IMG/VR virus record: IMGVR_UViG_3300047408_000188
Coordinates: 1-52,066 of that record
Strand: one strand, 5' to 3'
Origin: a virus
Lineage: Duplodnaviria > Caudoviricetes
Length of the DNA: 52,066 nt
Part shown: piece after piece, positions 8,486 to 15,856 of the stretch
Numbering within the stretch: position 1 is the first letter of the stretch
Layout: each line of letters opens with the position of its first letter
Position numbers and translations under genes: made by a program
The notes under the pieces: generated by a model
Seen by the model: only the letters and a program-made list of their open reading frames with translations
Databases searched by the model: none
What the model was told of the DNA's origin: nothing

Positions 8486-8594
8486 AAAAGACGCGCCGCC
8501 GCCCGGTTGGTCCCACTGCTCGGACAGGAATTGCCCGGTGCGGCGGCGTGTTTCGGTTGTTCTCTTCTCTGGTAGTCCCGAGCAGTGGGACTGC
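8486..8594 (-). promoter_or_regulatory. Terminator/antiterminator-like leader
   Basis: Minus-strand stem followed by CTTTT. A 14-nt segment in its loop (8510-8523) is perfectly complementary to 8578-8591 upstream. Confidence 0.55.
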
Positions 8595-8626
8595 AAGGGA
8601 GAGACTAGCTGAGATGGGAGCGGCCG

Positions 8627-8857
8627 TCAAGCAGAAGGCGGTTCCTTGGCCTGGACGAGCATGGCATCGGCGTACTTAAACGCCCATCGCGAAGCCTTCT
8701 TTTCGTCGGCGAGGTTCGTGTCGTCGCCGGCGCATGAGGCGAGGATGCCTTGCAGTGCCATCCCCGCGTACCACTCACGCATCGACATGCCTTCGTCGCG
8801 CATGTCCTCATTCAGCGTCCACGGAAAAGCCGGATCGTTGCCGTTCTGGTGTCTCAT
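8627..8857 (-). CDS. Conserved small phage protein (PAFP...GMSMREWYAGMALQG...ADAML)
   Basis: Recognisable widespread phage motif. Confidence 0.8.
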   Translation of the reverse strand: MRHQNGNDPAFPWTLNEDMRDEGMSMREWYAGMALQGILASCAGDDTNLADEKKASRWAFKYADAMLVQAKEPPSA

Positions 8858-9501
8858 GCTGCTTCTCCTTTAGGGCGAATCTTCTGCAAAAGGGTCTGGT
8901 AACGCTCCCAGAACGCATCGAGGGCCTCGGCGAGCCGCTTGGTGTAGTCGTCGGGAATGACGTTCACCGCGAAGTGCGGAAGGCCGGGGCAATAGCTAAC
9001 GAAGTCCCACCACTCAAACGGCAGGGTCGGGTCGATGATGGCGAGGGCCAGTGGGCCGTGAACTTGGGTCTTGTACTCGGCGGGCAGAACGCCGTCGAGC
9101 TTGTAGCGAACCTGGGTCTTTCCCTGCGGGCATTTCAGTTCCAAGCCGCCATTCGTGCCGATCAGCCCATCAGGAGAGAACCCAAAGCGCCCATCGTCTG
9201 TGGTGCAGAACCCCACCTGCTGCACGTCGCAATCCGTCTCCAGTTCGTACCAGCGTCGGGCCTCGGCCTCGGTGTTCTTCCCATGCTCCATCGCGCGGTT
9301 GGTGGGCTTGCCGCCGAAGAGTTCGGCCATCGAGCCGGGGTAGTGCAGCTCCGCGATCAGGTCGCAGATTAGGTCGTCGGCTTGGGCGCTGAGTTTCATC
9401 GTCTTGGCGGTCAAGATGCGGTCGAAGCGACTGGCGGTGGGGACGCCTCGGTGCAGTTCGCACCACTGCTCGCCGCCCTGTTCGCAATTGAAGGTCTTCA
9501 T
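8854..9501 (-). CDS. YqaJ/lambda-exonuclease-family recombination nuclease
   Basis: TASRF, HGKNTEAEAR, SPDGL, ELKCP and YKTQVHG motifs. Confidence 0.92.
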   Translation of the reverse strand: MKTFNCEQGGEQWCELHRGVPTASRFDRILTAKTMKLSAQADDLICDLIAELHYPGSMAELFGGKPTNRAMEHGKNTEAEARRWYELETDCDVQQVGFCTTDDGRFGFSPDGLIGTNGGLELKCPQGKTQVRYKLDGVLPAEYKTQVHGPLALAIIDPTLPFEWWDFVSYCPGLPHFAVNVIPDDYTKRLAEALDAFWERYQTLLQKIRPKGEAA

Positions 9502-9938
9502 GATGGCGTCTCCTTATTCAACCGTATCGCTATCTCACCACTGCCAGGGCAAGGTCCGCTCCCGCAGTCATGCTGCGGAGTCTCTGTTACGCCGTGGCCG
9601 AAGACGAATTTCTTGTCGCAATATGGACAGGCGAAAGTCGGCATCTTTGCCAACTCAGACAAAGATCGTTGACGTTGCTCTTCCAACTTGGCGCTGGCAT
9701 CCCCTGGCCGGTCTCCTAGGAGGTTGATGGATTCGGCGATGCCGAGACGGTGCCAGACGCCAAGTTTCGGAAGATGCACGTCCGGGTTTTTCTCGAACTG
9801 TCGGCAGCGCTCCACGAGCTTCGGGACGTGGGTTTGTCCCCAGTGCCGGATGGTTCCACACCGCGGACACAGGAAAAGCTTTTCGTCTTCCATGACTCCC
9901 AGGCATTCCATCGTGTGATCGCACGTTGGACAACTCAT
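9498..9938 (-). CDS. Zinc-finger protein
   Basis: CPTC, CPRC and CPYC...CPGSG. Confidence 0.7.
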   Translation of the reverse strand: MSCPTCDHTMECLGVMEDEKLFLCPRCGTIRHWGQTHVPKLVERCRQFEKNPDVHLPKLGVWHRLGIAESINLLGDRPGDASAKLEEQRQRSLSELAKMPTFACPYCDKKFVFGHGVTETPQHDCGSGPCPGSGEIAIRLNKETPS

Positions 9939-10702
9939 GCTGCCCCTCCCTTCGCCGGCTCCCGGCGCTTCCTGGCGAGGTAGGAGACGGCCTCAACGAA
10001 TTGCTTCTGAGACAACTGATCGAGCGTTTCGACTTGGCACCAGGCGTAGAACTTCTTGAGGTTAACCGGGCGGCCAAGGCGTTCCAGTTCATCAAAGGCT
10101 TCGTTGAGGACCTGGATTTGCTCGGGCGTGATCGAAGACTGGCCGTTGCCGTCCTTGTCTGCCCCCTGGATCGGGATGTTGAAGTACAGGCGGAGCATAT
10201 CCCTCTGGCAGTACGAGCCGCTGCTGACGGTGCCCTGGAGCGGGTTCATGCTGGAGCCGCCCTTGGCCCCAACGCCATCCCGGGCGTACTCGCCGTGCCG
10301 CGTGTCAACATGGCCGTCCCGGTGACGGACGGTCATGACGAAATGCACGTTGCCCTCGGTCCAAGGCTTGTCCTGGCTGAAACTGACCGAGAACCCGTGC
10401 TTCGTGTACACGGGCTTGGCGACGGAGACCACGGCGGCCAGTTCCGCGTACATCTTCTTGGTGTGGTCGTTCTCCAGGTTCTTGATGACGGCCGGCATCT
10501 CAGCCTGGGCGTCGTTGAGCGCGATGTTGAAGGCTTCAAGGGCTCGCCGGTCGGCGAGGTGTTCGGCCAGCTCGATGAGCTTGCCCAGCTTGTCGGGGTC
10601 GTAGCCCTTATCCAAAGCCTTGTCGATCATCACGATCTCCGGCTTGGACGGCGGGGCGAACATGGTGGGCGGTTGCGGCTGTTCTTCAAAGGTGGCGGTC
10701 AA
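9935..10702 (-). CDS. erf: ERF-family single-strand annealing protein
   Basis: AQAEMPAVIKN...YAELAAVV...KHGFS...GSYCQR...DKDGN; TTG start with AAGGAG SD; adjacent to YqaJ. Confidence 0.85.
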   Translation of the reverse strand: MTATFEEQPQPPTMFAPPSKPEIVMIDKALDKGYDPDKLGKLIELAEHLADRRALEAFNIALNDAQAEMPAVIKNLENDHTKKMYAELAAVVSVAKPVYTKHGFSVSFSQDKPWTEGNVHFVMTVRHRDGHVDTRHGEYARDGVGAKGGSSMNPLQGTVSSGSYCQRDMLRLYFNIPIQGADKDGNGQSSITPEQIQVLNEAFDELERLGRPVNLKKFYAWCQVETLDQLSQKQFVEAVSYLARKRREPAKGGAA

Positions 10703-10835
10703 AGCTGTCTCCTTGAAAGTTGCCGCTGACGTTGCCGGCTCGTCAGCAGCGGTATAACTCCTGCCGGGGAGTCCCGAACCCGTCGGGCCGGTTGCCTTGA
10801 GCCGGCAAACTGCCTGCCTGTTAGGGTCGGTAGGC

Positions 10836-11207
10836 TTAGACACCGGATTTGGCCAGAAGCGGTTCGTCACAGCTCCAGGTCTGCTCCTCGACCTCAACCG
10901 TCTCCTCGCCGTCTTGAATCATCTTGGGCCGGGTGACGGTCTTCTTGGTGATCTCCAGCTTGCAGACCTGCTCGCGCCGAATGTTGAACTCCAGATCGAC
11001 GCCCCCGCCGAATTGCTTGCGGAGCCAGAAGTAATCACCGCTCCAGTGTTTCGTGACAGGGCCATGCTCCCTGGCGATTGCGGCAAGCTCCTCTTTGTCC
11101 GAAACAAAGAGGTTGAAGTTGGGATTCGGAAGGTAGAACTTTGGGTTCTGTTCCAAGAAGTCAGCCAAAGCCCGAAGGCCAGCAACAACTTCGGCTGTGT
11201 TCACCAT
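10836..11207 (-). CDS. Hypothetical phage protein (GLRALADFLEQNP)
   Basis: GGGAG SD; natural codon usage. Confidence 0.7.
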   Translation of the reverse strand: MVNTAEVVAGLRALADFLEQNPKFYLPNPNFNLFVSDKEELAAIAREHGPVTKHWSGDYFWLRKQFGGGVDLEFNIRREQVCKLEITKKTVTRPKMIQDGEETVEVEEQTWSCDEPLLAKSGV

Positions 11208-11232
11208 TGCTGCGTCTCCCTGTGAAAAGAAT

Positions 11233-11260
11233 TTGACACTTCGTAACTCGGAGTTAGACT
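11233..11260 (+). promoter_or_regulatory. Integrase promoter with an overlapping operator-like palindrome
   Basis: TTGACA-16 nt-TAGACT; palindrome TAACTC-G-GAGTTA at 11244-11256. Confidence 0.7.
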
Positions 11261-11264
11261 GTAT

Positions 11265-11301
11265 CTCGCTGGGCGCCGGCAACGAGCCGGCGCCCAGCGA
11301 G
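11265..11301. repeat. Perfect 16-bp inverted repeat with a 5-nt spacer (hairpin or lox/att-like site)
   Basis: CTCGCTGGGCGCCGGC-AACGA-GCCGGCGCCCAGCGAG. Confidence 0.85.
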
Positions 11302-11337
11302 TGAAGCCTCCATGCGGGTAGCACCACTGGAGGCACA

Positions 11338-12279
11338 ATGCCCAGCAACCCATCTCACGTCCCAATCGCTGCCATGAAAGTCAACGAAGTCTGCGCGCTT
11401 TACCTGCGCCACTGCGAGGTAGAGGGCACCCATTGTCCCGCGGCCCGTGAAGATCGGCTCCGCACCCTTGCGATGTTCGTCAAAGTCCACGGAGAGCGCA
11501 CCATCGCCGAGTGCCGACCGTTCCACCTGGCCGACTTCATCGAGAACAACCCGCGTTGGAAAAGCACCGCCACAAGGCGGGCGAAATGTAACGAAGTCCG
11601 GGCCTGCTTCGAGTGGGCCCACCGTGGCGAGAGAATCGAACGCAACCCCTTCAAGAGCGTGCGCTACGCCGAGGCAGAACGCCGGCCCGACATGCCGGAC
11701 GACACCCTCGACCGCATCGCCCAGCTCAGCAACAAGCCCTTTGAGCGGGTCGTGCGGTTCCTGCGCCTGACCGGGGCCCGTCTGGGCGAACTGTGTGAGG
11801 CGGTCTGGAAGGACGTTGACCTGGAGCGCGGCATCTGGATCATCCCGAAGCACAAGACGCGGAAATACACCGGCAAGGCCAAGGTGATTGCACTGGTGCC
11901 TGAGGCGGTTGCTCTGCTTCGGGTTATGACACCAACAGGTGCAGGTGGCGTCTGCGCAGGTGTCGTGCTCGCCCCAACTGCAAGCAAAGCTGAAACGCTG
12001 TTCCTGAACACCCGCGGCCGTCCCTGGAACCGACGCACCCTGGGCCAGCAGCTCCGCAGGATGAAGCAGCGGCACGGCATCGACACCAAGGCGAGCCTGC
12101 ACGGCATCCGGCACAGGTTCGGGACGTGTGCCGTGGCGAACAAGGCCCCGATTAAGCTCATCTCGATGCAGTTGGGGCACTCGACAGTTCAAGTCACCGA
12201 GCGGTACTACTGCGACCTGACGAACGAATTGGACGCCATCAGGGATGCGGCTCGGCTGGCGTTGCCGAAGGTGGGATAA
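11338..12279 (+). CDS. int: Tyrosine recombinase/integrase with no obvious arm-binding domain
   Basis: TGARLGE (R), KHKT (K), LHGIRH (HxxR), LGH and ERYY (Y); GGAGG SD. Confidence 0.93.
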   Translation: MPSNPSHVPIAAMKVNEVCALYLRHCEVEGTHCPAAREDRLRTLAMFVKVHGERTIAECRPFHLADFIENNPRWKSTATRRAKCNEVRACFEWAHRGERIERNPFKSVRYAEAERRPDMPDDTLDRIAQLSNKPFERVVRFLRLTGARLGELCEAVWKDVDLERGIWIIPKHKTRKYTGKAKVIALVPEAVALLRVMTPTGAGGVCAGVVLAPTASKAETLFLNTRGRPWNRRTLGQQLRRMKQRHGIDTKASLHGIRHRFGTCAVANKAPIKLISMQLGHSTVQVTERYYCDLTNELDAIRDAARLALPKVG

Positions 12280-12281
12280 GC

Positions 12282-12379
12282 AAAAGGGCGAGCCGGCCGG
12301 TGTTTCATGGCTAAGCACACGTTTTGGGATGTGAACAGCGTTGCAGGTTCTCCCTGCACACCATGCCGACCGGCTCGCC
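12282..12379 (-). terminator. Large multi-branch terminator-like structure facing int
   Basis: GGCGAGCCGG/CCGGCTCGCC stem followed by CTTTT on the minus strand, with internal hairpins. Confidence 0.5.
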
Positions 12380-12409
12380 GCGTTGCTTTCCACCCGCGAA
12401 GGGTGGGGT

Positions 12410-12595
12410 TCACTGCTTCGCGATCGCTTCTGCAACCGCGATTGCTTGCAGTATTTCGTCTGGTGCAAGTTGCATGTCGTACTCTTGGGTTCGTAGATCG
12501 TCAGCCAGTTGAGCCGCCGCTGGCTTCCTTGGCACGCCATGACATTTCCACTGAACCGAAAGCTCGCTCTCAACCCAGGCAATTGCATCGAACAT
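12410..12595 (-). CDS. Hypothetical protein
   Basis: ATG with AGGATGGA upstream; helical C-terminus. Confidence 0.5.
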   Translation of the reverse strand: MFDAIAWVESELSVQWKCHGVPRKPAAAQLADDLRTQEYDMQLAPDEILQAIAVAEAIAKQ

Positions 12596-12881
12596 AAGAC
12601 TTCCATCCTGAGTGTTTGGGAATCAAATGCCGGTCTCTCCCGGCTGTCACCCCTGCTTGCTACCCCGCGGCACCTGCCGCCGCTTGGCGTATCGGCTTGT
12701 GACTGAGCTGGACTCAGGGCCGAGTTAGCCTTGCTGGTGGTCTTACGGTGGAGGTCGTCGGGATACCCTGCCGCGACTATGGACCCATCGAAGGCCCCGG
12801 CAGGGCTGCTCTCGTTGTGTTCTTTGCTGCTTGTGAGGTTTGCAGCGGAATGAGTGTCGCGCTCACACGGTGGAACGCAGG

Positions 12882-12954
12882 GGTCCGTTAGCGCAGTTGG
12901 TAGCGCACCTGGATCACACCCAGGGGGTCGCAGGTTCGAGCCCTGCACGGACCA
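12882..12954 (+). tRNA. tRNA-Val(CAC), no encoded CCA; candidate attP
   Basis: Acceptor GGTCCGT/ACGGACC, D-arm GCGC-AGTTGGTA-GCGC, anticodon stem CCTGG/CCAGG with loop AT-CAC-AC, T-arm GCAGG-TTCGAGC-CCTGC, discriminator A. Confidence 0.9.
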
Positions 12955-12981
12955 GTCGGCTTGTTGATCGTTCTTCATGGA

Positions 12982-13632
12982 TCACTCGGCAATGAGCTTG
13001 GCCAAAATCTTCTTGTCGCGGAACGGGTTGCCGAACATCTTGCGGAGGTGTTTGGCTTGGGCGTCCCTGGCTGCGGCCCAGGCTGCGGCCCTGGCTGCGG
13101 CCCAGGCTGCGTCCCTGGCTGCGTCCCAGGCTGCGTCCCAGGCTGCGTCCCTGGCTGCGTCCCAGGCTGCGTCCCTGGCTGCGTCCCTGGCTGCGTCCCT
13201 GGCTGCGTCCCTGGCTGCGGCCCTGGCTGCGGCCCAGGCTGCGGCCCTGGCTGCGGCCCAGGCTGCGTCCCTGGCTGCGGCCCTGGCTGCGGCCCAGGCT
13301 GCGTCAAGTTCGTCCTGCGTGGCGTTCCCCTCCGCGAAGCGCTCCGCCACCTCGACGGCTTTGCGGCTTCGCTCGTCCGTGAGCAGGTCCCAGACTTTGC
13401 GACCATCTTGTAGCGGCGTTTCGCGGACACACCAGCAGGCGAAGCGTCGAGCTTGCTGGTCGGTCCAGAGTCCGGCTTCGTCCAATGCCCAGATCATCCA
13501 TTCTGGATTCTCGCAGGCGAGCCATGCGGCCGAGGGCGTCTTGAATTGGCTCGCCCACTCGCGGCCTTCCTCGCAGGCGTCGAGCTTTTCGAGCAGTCGG
13601 CTAATCAGAGGCTTCGGTTTCGTCGTCGGCAT
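12982..13632 (-). CDS. Ala-rich repeat phage protein (Imm5-like N-terminus, AA[W/R][D/A] repeats)
   Basis: ACEEGREW...WMIWAL...RRFACWCVR...DERSRKAVEVAERFAEG...; 20 tetrapeptide repeats. Confidence 0.85.
   Translation of the reverse strand: MPTTKPKPLISRLLEKLDACEEGREWASQFKTPSAAWLACENPEWMIWALDEAGLWTDQQARRFACWCVRETPLQDGRKVWDLLTDERSRKAVEVAERFAEGNATQDELDAAWAAARAAARDAAWAAARAAAWAAARAAARDAARDAARDAARDAAWDAARDAAWDAAWDAARDAAWAAARAAAWAAARDAQAKHLRKMFGNPFRDKKILAKLIAE
13061..13305. repeat. Tandem 12-bp repeat, ~20 units: GCAGCC(A/T)GGG(A/C)C on the minus strand
   Basis: Read directly; only two positions vary. Confidence 0.95.
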
Positions 13633-13662
13633 GAATGCAACCCTCATTAGGTGACGCGAGCA

Positions 13663-13692
13663 AGTGTAGGCTGGCGTCATGCGTTTTGTCAA
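13663..13692 (-). promoter_or_regulatory. Leftward early promoter
   Basis: TTGACA-18 nt-TACACT on the minus strand. Confidence 0.7.
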
Positions 13693-13711
13693 TCTTGGTG
13701 CCACACGTTTC

Positions 13712-13740
13712 TTGACGGCGTTCCGCAAGGCGGTTATTCT
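13712..13740 (+). promoter_or_regulatory. Rightward promoter for the RHH regulator, back-to-back with the early promoter
   Basis: TTGACG-17 nt-TATTCT. Confidence 0.7.
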
Positions 13741-13743
13741 CCT

Positions 13744-13977
13744 ATGGGTACGTCATTCAACGAGAACGGGAGAAAACCCTTGACGGTGCGAATTGTGGTC
13801 CGGGCTGCTGCCGAATTGAAAGACCTCGCCGGCCTGGAGGCTGACAAGGCGAACATTCCGCTTTCCGAGTGGATCGTGCGGGTTGTGGCCAAGCAGATCG
13901 GCCGCCGCGACCTGGCCGAAGTGCCCCGCAAGAAACTCGGCCGTCCCCGCAAATCCACGCATAACGGCACTTCCTGA
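13744..13977 (+). CDS. Ribbon-helix-helix (Arc/HicB-like) DNA-binding protein with AT-hook; candidate repressor. Alternative TTG start at 13780
   Basis: Beta strand VRIVVRA, helix ELKDLAGLEADK, NIPLSEWIVRVV and the GRPRK hook. Confidence 0.7.
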   Translation: MGTSFNENGRKPLTVRIVVRAAAELKDLAGLEADKANIPLSEWIVRVVAKQIGRRDLAEVPRKKLGRPRKSTHNGTS

Positions 13978-14012
13978 CCTACACTTCCTCCGGCCCACTA
14001 ACCGGAGGCAAC

Positions 14013-14138
14013 ATGCACCGCTCACCCTATGAAGCTCTGGCTCGCGGCGTCACGATAGGCGGCACCGCTCTTGTGTTGGCGTTTCTCCGCTGGCTGACGG
14101 CCCGAGGGGCGCCGGAGAACCGGGGCGAAGGGGAATAG
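14013..14138 (+). CDS. 41-aa single-TM peptide (not in the ORF track)
   Basis: MHRSPYEALARGVTIGGTALVLAFLRWLTARGAPENRGEGE; GGAGG SD; followed by an 11-bp hairpin at 14143-14171. Confidence 0.55.
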   Translation: MHRSPYEALARGVTIGGTALVLAFLRWLTARGAPENRGEGE

Positions 14139-14186
14139 GGGTGCCCGCGTGTGCTGGGCACACACGCGGGCCGGCTGGGGAGCCGT

Positions 14187-14489
14187 TTAGTAAGGGATCT
14201 CAACGAAGCGGTCGCCGCGCTTGAGGGTCGGCCCCAGCCCCGTGTACACGATCTCGGTAAACCCGTAGGGCTTCACCAGATCGGCAATCTGCTTGGTCAA
14301 GTCGTCCACGATGGCACCCCAGCGCTGAGCGTTGAAGTTCTTGTCCGAGGCATTCGGATAGGACGGATGCGGGTCGCCGTTGCAGTAATGCGTGTTGGCG
14401 TCGCCGGCCCGCTTGGCGAAGCTCACCAGTTGGCGAACCTTGGCTAACGGCATCTTCCAATCTTCCGCGAATCGCTCCTGAGCTGTCAT
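14187..14489 (-). CDS. Hypothetical early protein
   Basis: GGGGAG SD; natural codon usage. Confidence 0.7.
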   Translation of the reverse strand: MTAQERFAEDWKMPLAKVRQLVSFAKRAGDANTHYCNGDPHPSYPNASDKNFNAQRWGAIVDDLTKQIADLVKPYGFTEIVYTGLGPTLKRGDRFVEIPY

Positions 14490-14656
14490 TGCTGTGCTCC
14501 CCTGGGCGAAAACCCCCGTCCGCTCTTTATCCCGGCTGTGACGACGGGCAAATGAACCGCGCGGCTCATTTGGCGAGGTTAAGGGCGGGGCGGGACTCGC
14601 GACGGTCCCGCCCCTGGGAGGGAGCCGCTTGGGGAATGGCGGTGCCCTCGACCTAA

Positions 14657-14854
14657 TCACCGATGATGCTCCTGAATCGAGTTGTAGCGCTCCTTGGCGG
14701 CCTCCCGATCCGCGTCGGCTCGAATCACGGCGGTTAACGCTTCTGTGTCGTAATCGAGCACGTCGCCGCCCTCGTTGCGGTAATACAGTTCATTGTCGGT
14801 TGTCGTGAGGTACGGAGCCGTGAACCGCCTCACATGGACCTTGCGACCTTCCAT
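14657..14854 (-). CDS. Hypothetical early protein
   Basis: GGGAGG SD. Confidence 0.65.
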   Translation of the reverse strand: MEGRKVHVRRFTAPYLTTTDNELYYRNEGGDVLDYDTEALTAVIRADADREAAKERYNSIQEHHR

Positions 14855-14882
14855 AACAGCCTCCCTTTCCCCTGGGCGAAAG

Positions 14883-15071
14883 TTACTCGAACATGCTGGG
14901 CGTCTGGGTGTCGATCCGCAGCTTACGCGGCTGCGCCTTCTCCGAGCTGCCCACGTCGGCCCAGAGCAAGCCCTGCTCCGGCGTCGGCATCTCTTCACAG
15001 CCCGGAAGCGGCCTGGGCGAATAGGCCGCCTCCGAGCTGTCACCGGGCGAATCGTCGTAGGTTGCTTTCAT
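14883..15071 (-). CDS. Hypothetical early protein
   Basis: GGAGGG SD. Confidence 0.5.
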   Translation of the reverse strand: MKATYDDSPGDSSEAAYSPRPLPGCEEMPTPEQGLLWADVGSSEKAQPRKLRIDTQTPSMFE

Positions 15072-15123
15072 GTTGCCCTCCATGTCATAGGGCGCGGCGT
15101 CAAATGGCCTCGCCGTCGCGGCT

Positions 15124-15333
15124 TTACTCCCGCGCTCTGAGTGAGCCCTTGCGGGCCGGCGAGGTTGTGCCAGGGGGCGGACATTCCATTGTCTGCGAGT
15201 CGTGCGCGCTGTGGTGCCAGTGACACCATCGGCAGTATTCGCGCTGAAATCCGCTCGGATCGGGCTCAAAGTGCCAGGTCTGCGGCGTGCAACACGCAAG
15301 CCAGTCTTCATGGGCGGCTTCGGCGTCACTCAT
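15124..15333 (-). CDS. Hypothetical Cys/His-rich early protein
   Basis: GGGGAG SD; CRWCHWHH. Confidence 0.5.
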   Translation of the reverse strand: MSDAEAAHEDWLACCTPQTWHFEPDPSGFQREYCRWCHWHHSAHDSQTMECPPPGTTSPARKGSLRARE

Positions 15334-15434
15334 CGGCTTCTCCCCTCGGGCGATACTCTCCCCAACCGCGTCAAATGCGAGCGGTCCAAGCCGCCCCCAC
15401 CGTCCGGGCTCGACGGGAGGGGCAGCGCGGGCCG

Positions 15435-15626
15435 CTAGCGGCTGCGTGCTCTCTCTGCACAGAGCATGAGAAAGCAATCGTGGCAGTACATCCAACCGGC
15501 CTCGGGCTCGGTCTCCAGTTCATCGGGCAGCGACCACAGGCCAACGGGGTCTTTGTGGCATCGGTCGCAATCGCCGTGCGCGTCCGGCCGTTGGTTCAGC
15601 CAATCCAGGCATTCCCTAAGCTTCAT
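15435..15626 (-). CDS. Small zinc-finger protein
   Basis: CDRC...CHDC; GGAGG SD. Confidence 0.65.
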   Translation of the reverse strand: MKLRECLDWLNQRPDAHGDCDRCHKDPVGLWSLPDELETEPEAGWMYCHDCFLMLCAERARSR

Positions 15627-15640
15627 CGGTCTTGCCTCCC

Positions 15641-15856
15641 CTAAGCCGCGTTTGCCGCGCCCGGAAGCACACGCTCCCAGAAGGGCGCCGGCACACGCAG
15701 TTTGATCTTGATTCGGTAGTCCGGCGCCGGGAACTCAGCCCGGAGAATCGCCGCCATGTCCGCCGCCTGCCTGGGCGTGTGAGCCTCGAACGGGGCGCCT
15801 CGATAGGCGCCCGTGCGAGTCAGGATGATGCAGACTTCGTAGGTGGGTGCGATCAC
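15641..15856 (-). CDS. Hypothetical early protein
   Basis: GTGA coupling; GGAGG SD. Confidence 0.6.
   Translation of the reverse strand: MIAPTYEVCIILTRTGAYRGAPFEAHTPRQAADMAAILRAEFPAPDYRIKIKLRVPAPFWERVLPGAANAA

Noticed and set aside
12629-12660. Cobalamin riboswitch B12-box resemblance (AGCCGGGAGAGACCGGC)
   Set aside because: The upstream conserved core (GGGAA...CCCGCAACTGT) is missing, and there is no relevant downstream gene.
13061-13305. CRISPR array, or the Pro-Gly-Cys / Gln-Pro-Gly repeat proteins in other frames (12961-13413, 12975-13430, 12977-13654)
   Set aside because: There are no spacers and no cas genes. The other frames are shadows of the 12-bp repeat; only the AA[W/R][D/A] frame has sensible flanking domains and an SD.
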